Of a stretch of 64,000 bases of DNA, positions 61,785-64,000 are shown one piece after another (position 1 is the first letter of the stretch; every line of letters begins with the position of its first letter). Under the pieces are notes generated by a model. The model had not been told where the DNA came from, did no database searches, and saw only the letters and a list, made by a program, of their open reading frames with translations. The position numbers were made by a program, and so were the translations under genes. Source of the DNA: Cenococcum geophilum (taxonomy: Eukaryota); the NCBI GenBank assembly GCA_050273025.1, contig CP158636.1:10664001-10728000 (forward strand). The letters are read 5' to 3'.

Positions 61785-62337
61785 GAGAATTCTTCATTTG
61801 GCCGCTGCTGGGATTTCTAGGACCTACTCAACGTCACACCTATTCTAATTTGATCAAGGTCTGGCACATACATTATGGGTAGTCTCTGGTTTATAAAGGG
61901 TGGAACGATGAATTATAGACAGAGCTTCAAGACTGCCTGGTACTATTACATTATCTTTGAACAATCAGTCATCCTTTATTAGCATCTCGATAGCAGACTA
62001 TCACGTGAATTAGAAAGCATTTGGTTTCTCTGTGCACTTCTCTTCGGATTCTGTGATGCCTGCTACCGTTCTCTCACAGTGCCATGTGCAACCTCATTTT
62101 AGAATGGCCGGTCTAGAATCTAGATTCGCATCAAAGCCCTTCTAGACGAGTTCGGCTTTTATATATCTTGTTAGTGGTGGTGATTTAAGACGATTTAAGG
62201 CTGCCGGCTTGTAAACCCACACAGCATCTAACTTATTATTGAAACAAAGACCGGAAGCTAAGTCACTTATATTCAGAGAAAATGATTTACCAGAGAGACA
62301 CTTCGATTGTTAGTTCTTCAAGGTTTATTGTATCTCT

Positions 62338-63792
62338 TCATTCTCGGGAACGAACATAGAAGTAATTAGCTGCCGCCCTGATCACTGGTGCCGCCTCTTC
62401 AGATACCACTTCCCTCAGCATATTCGTCCACACTTTCAATCCATCCGGTAAAGTGAATTCCTTGTCGTCAAATTGTGTCCGCTCACTAAACAGGGCCTGC
62501 TCTTCTCGCAGGTTTGATATTAACTCCTTCAAGTTCTTTTCCATTCGACTGCGGGCATACCAGTGACATCTATCTGTGGAGATCTTGACAGTCGCTCTAG
62601 ATAGAACATCAATTGCGCCTTGGAAGTCGATCACCAGGAGAGGACGAACCGATTCAATATGAGTTTTGAGTGCAGACGCCCATGCATTTCGGCCGCATAT
62701 GTCATTTTCGTAAACGGCAATCCGAGCTTCAGCTTTTGTTATTTCGGCCCTAAGCTCATTCATTTTGCCTTCCGCGACTCTCCCCATTCTAGCCACCGAA
62801 TTGTCGTACTCGTGCTTAATAGCCCCTCTCTCATCCTCGAATTCTTCCCTTTCCTTGGCCATGAGTTCGATATATCGTCGACTAATTGCCTCTTTTTCTT
62901 CGATGAAGGCTTTCCTTTCTTGTTCTAATTGCAAACTTCGATTTTTTTGATATTCCGCGATGACAGCAGTATGGTGAAGTTTCTCTCCCCGCAATCGCTG
63001 GGAGAAGTCATATCCTTGCTGCTCTATTTCCGCTTTCTGCCTTACAGAGCACATTGCTACCGCCTTAAGCCCTTGAATTATTGCTCTGACATAGCTCTTA
63101 TTCTCCTTTTCGTCTTCATCTGAAGCGGATAGAAAGGCGTTCGGAATATTTCCACATTCCTTTTGAAGGGTTTCAAGCAAAATCCTAGGCTTCATCTGGT
63201 CGATTTGATGCTCTGCTGCCTTGGCATCAACACTTTGATCGAGGATGTTTTTAATCTTGCTCGCGAAGTTGAGCACTAGCTCTTGGACTGTAGCTTCAAG
63301 CTCTGCCTTTGCTCTAAGATTTTCCTCCCTATACTGCGATTTGATGACCATAATCCCGTCCGACTGTTTCCAGCCAGCGAATTCAGACTGAACAATTGCG
63401 AAGCGCTTCTTTTGCAGCTTGCACTCTGCCTCAAATCCCTTCGCGCTTTCTCTGCTCGCCCGTAGGTCGCCGGTGAGCCTTATTATTTCATCCTGCAGAG
63501 GTCCTATTCGAGGACGTAATCTCATCGCTTCTTCCTCAAACGGCCGTAGTCGAGCTATCTCATCATCTTGCTGGGAAGTAATACTGGTTAGATTCTCGAG
63601 CTGAATTTCAAGGTTCGCGACCCTTTCTTCCAAGCCAGCAACCTCTCTTTCTTTGCTGTTGATGATATCGCACTTCTGCAACACCGACGTCTGTAAAGCA
63701 CTCAGCTGTGCCTTTGGAATCGCGGTAACATCGCCAAGGCCCCCAATTTTTGCAGCATTCTTGATATCTTTCGTAAGTCGAACGAGCGCCAT
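62338..63792 (-). CDS. Long coiled-coil protein of unknown function (484 aa; 5' exons possible)
   Basis: Uninterrupted 484-codon ORF rich in E/K/R/L/A with heptad periodicity. No enzymatic motif recognised. Confidence 0.7.
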   Translation of the reverse strand: MALVRLTKDIKNAAKIGGLGDVTAIPKAQLSALQTSVLQKCDIINSKEREVAGLEERVANLEIQLENLTSITSQQDDEIARLRPFEEEAMRLRPRIGPLQDEIIRLTGDLRASRESAKGFEAECKLQKKRFAIVQSEFAGWKQSDGIMVIKSQYREENLRAKAELEATVQELVLNFASKIKNILDQSVDAKAAEHQIDQMKPRILLETLQKECGNIPNAFLSASDEDEKENKSYVRAIIQGLKAVAMCSVRQKAEIEQQGYDFSQRLRGEKLHHTAVIAEYQKNRSLQLEQERKAFIEEKEAISRRYIELMAKEREEFEDERGAIKHEYDNSVARMGRVAEGKMNELRAEITKAEARIAVYENDICGRNAWASALKTHIESVRPLLVIDFQGAIDVLSRATVKISTDRCHWYARSRMEKNLKELISNLREEQALFSERTQFDDKEFTLPDGLKVWTNMLREVVSEEAAPVIRAAANYFYVRSRE

Positions 63793-64000
63793 ATCTTATG
63801 CGCTGTTGGCAAAACTGTACACACGAGGGTTTGTTGGCCACGTTATGCGAGCTTTGGATGAGTATTCAGAACTTAAAAAAAACCTGTATAGGAATATGTC
63901 TAATCTCTCCAAGAATTTGAATTCGGTTGTGAAGGTGTAACGGAGACATCGCAATGAGTATGCATCCTAAAGATGTGTGAGGATGAAAAGAGGCTGACAG

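Noticed and set aside
44071..63940. Numerous antisense or alternate-frame ORFs over ILV3, the hydrolase gene, UPF0261, the TIM-barrel gene and the coiled-coil gene
   Set aside because: Shadow frames of well-supported genes.
38400..64000. Starship element boundary or captain
   Set aside because: No DUF3435 tyrosine-recombinase-like gene was seen next to the TE block. The region includes the core gene RPS19.

Overview
This is fungal (filamentous ascomycete) genomic DNA in two compartments. Positions 1 to ~39.8 kb are an AT-rich nest of transposable elements degraded by repeat-induced point mutation (RIP). It holds two Tc1-type DD34E transposase relics, three Gypsy/chromovirus LTR elements (one apparently gag-less), a Copia element and a 3.4-kb non-autonomous LTR element with a repetitive internal ORF. 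It also holds a Tad1-like LINE, several MITEs and palindromes, a Helitron-like end and an internally deleted hAT element. Most LTR pairs and target-site duplications can be read directly. Positions ~40-64 kb are GC-balanced and intron-containing. Genes are a HeLo-like/SesA N-terminal protein, an Ilv3-type dihydroxy-acid dehydratase without a mitochondrial presequence, an alpha/beta-hydrolase fused to a DUSP11/PIR1-like cysteine phosphatase, RPS19, a divergent split Tm-1-like pair (UPF0261 plus TIM-barrel) and a coiled-coil protein. GNAT, kinase/HET and alcohol-dehydrogenase pseudogenes are interspersed. The best leads are the split Tm-1 pair in a possible defence neighbourhood, the hydrolase-RNA-triphosphatase-like fusion, and self-priming LTR elements that share cis-signals across different LTR families. 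All family assignments come from motif recognition by eye; no searches were run.
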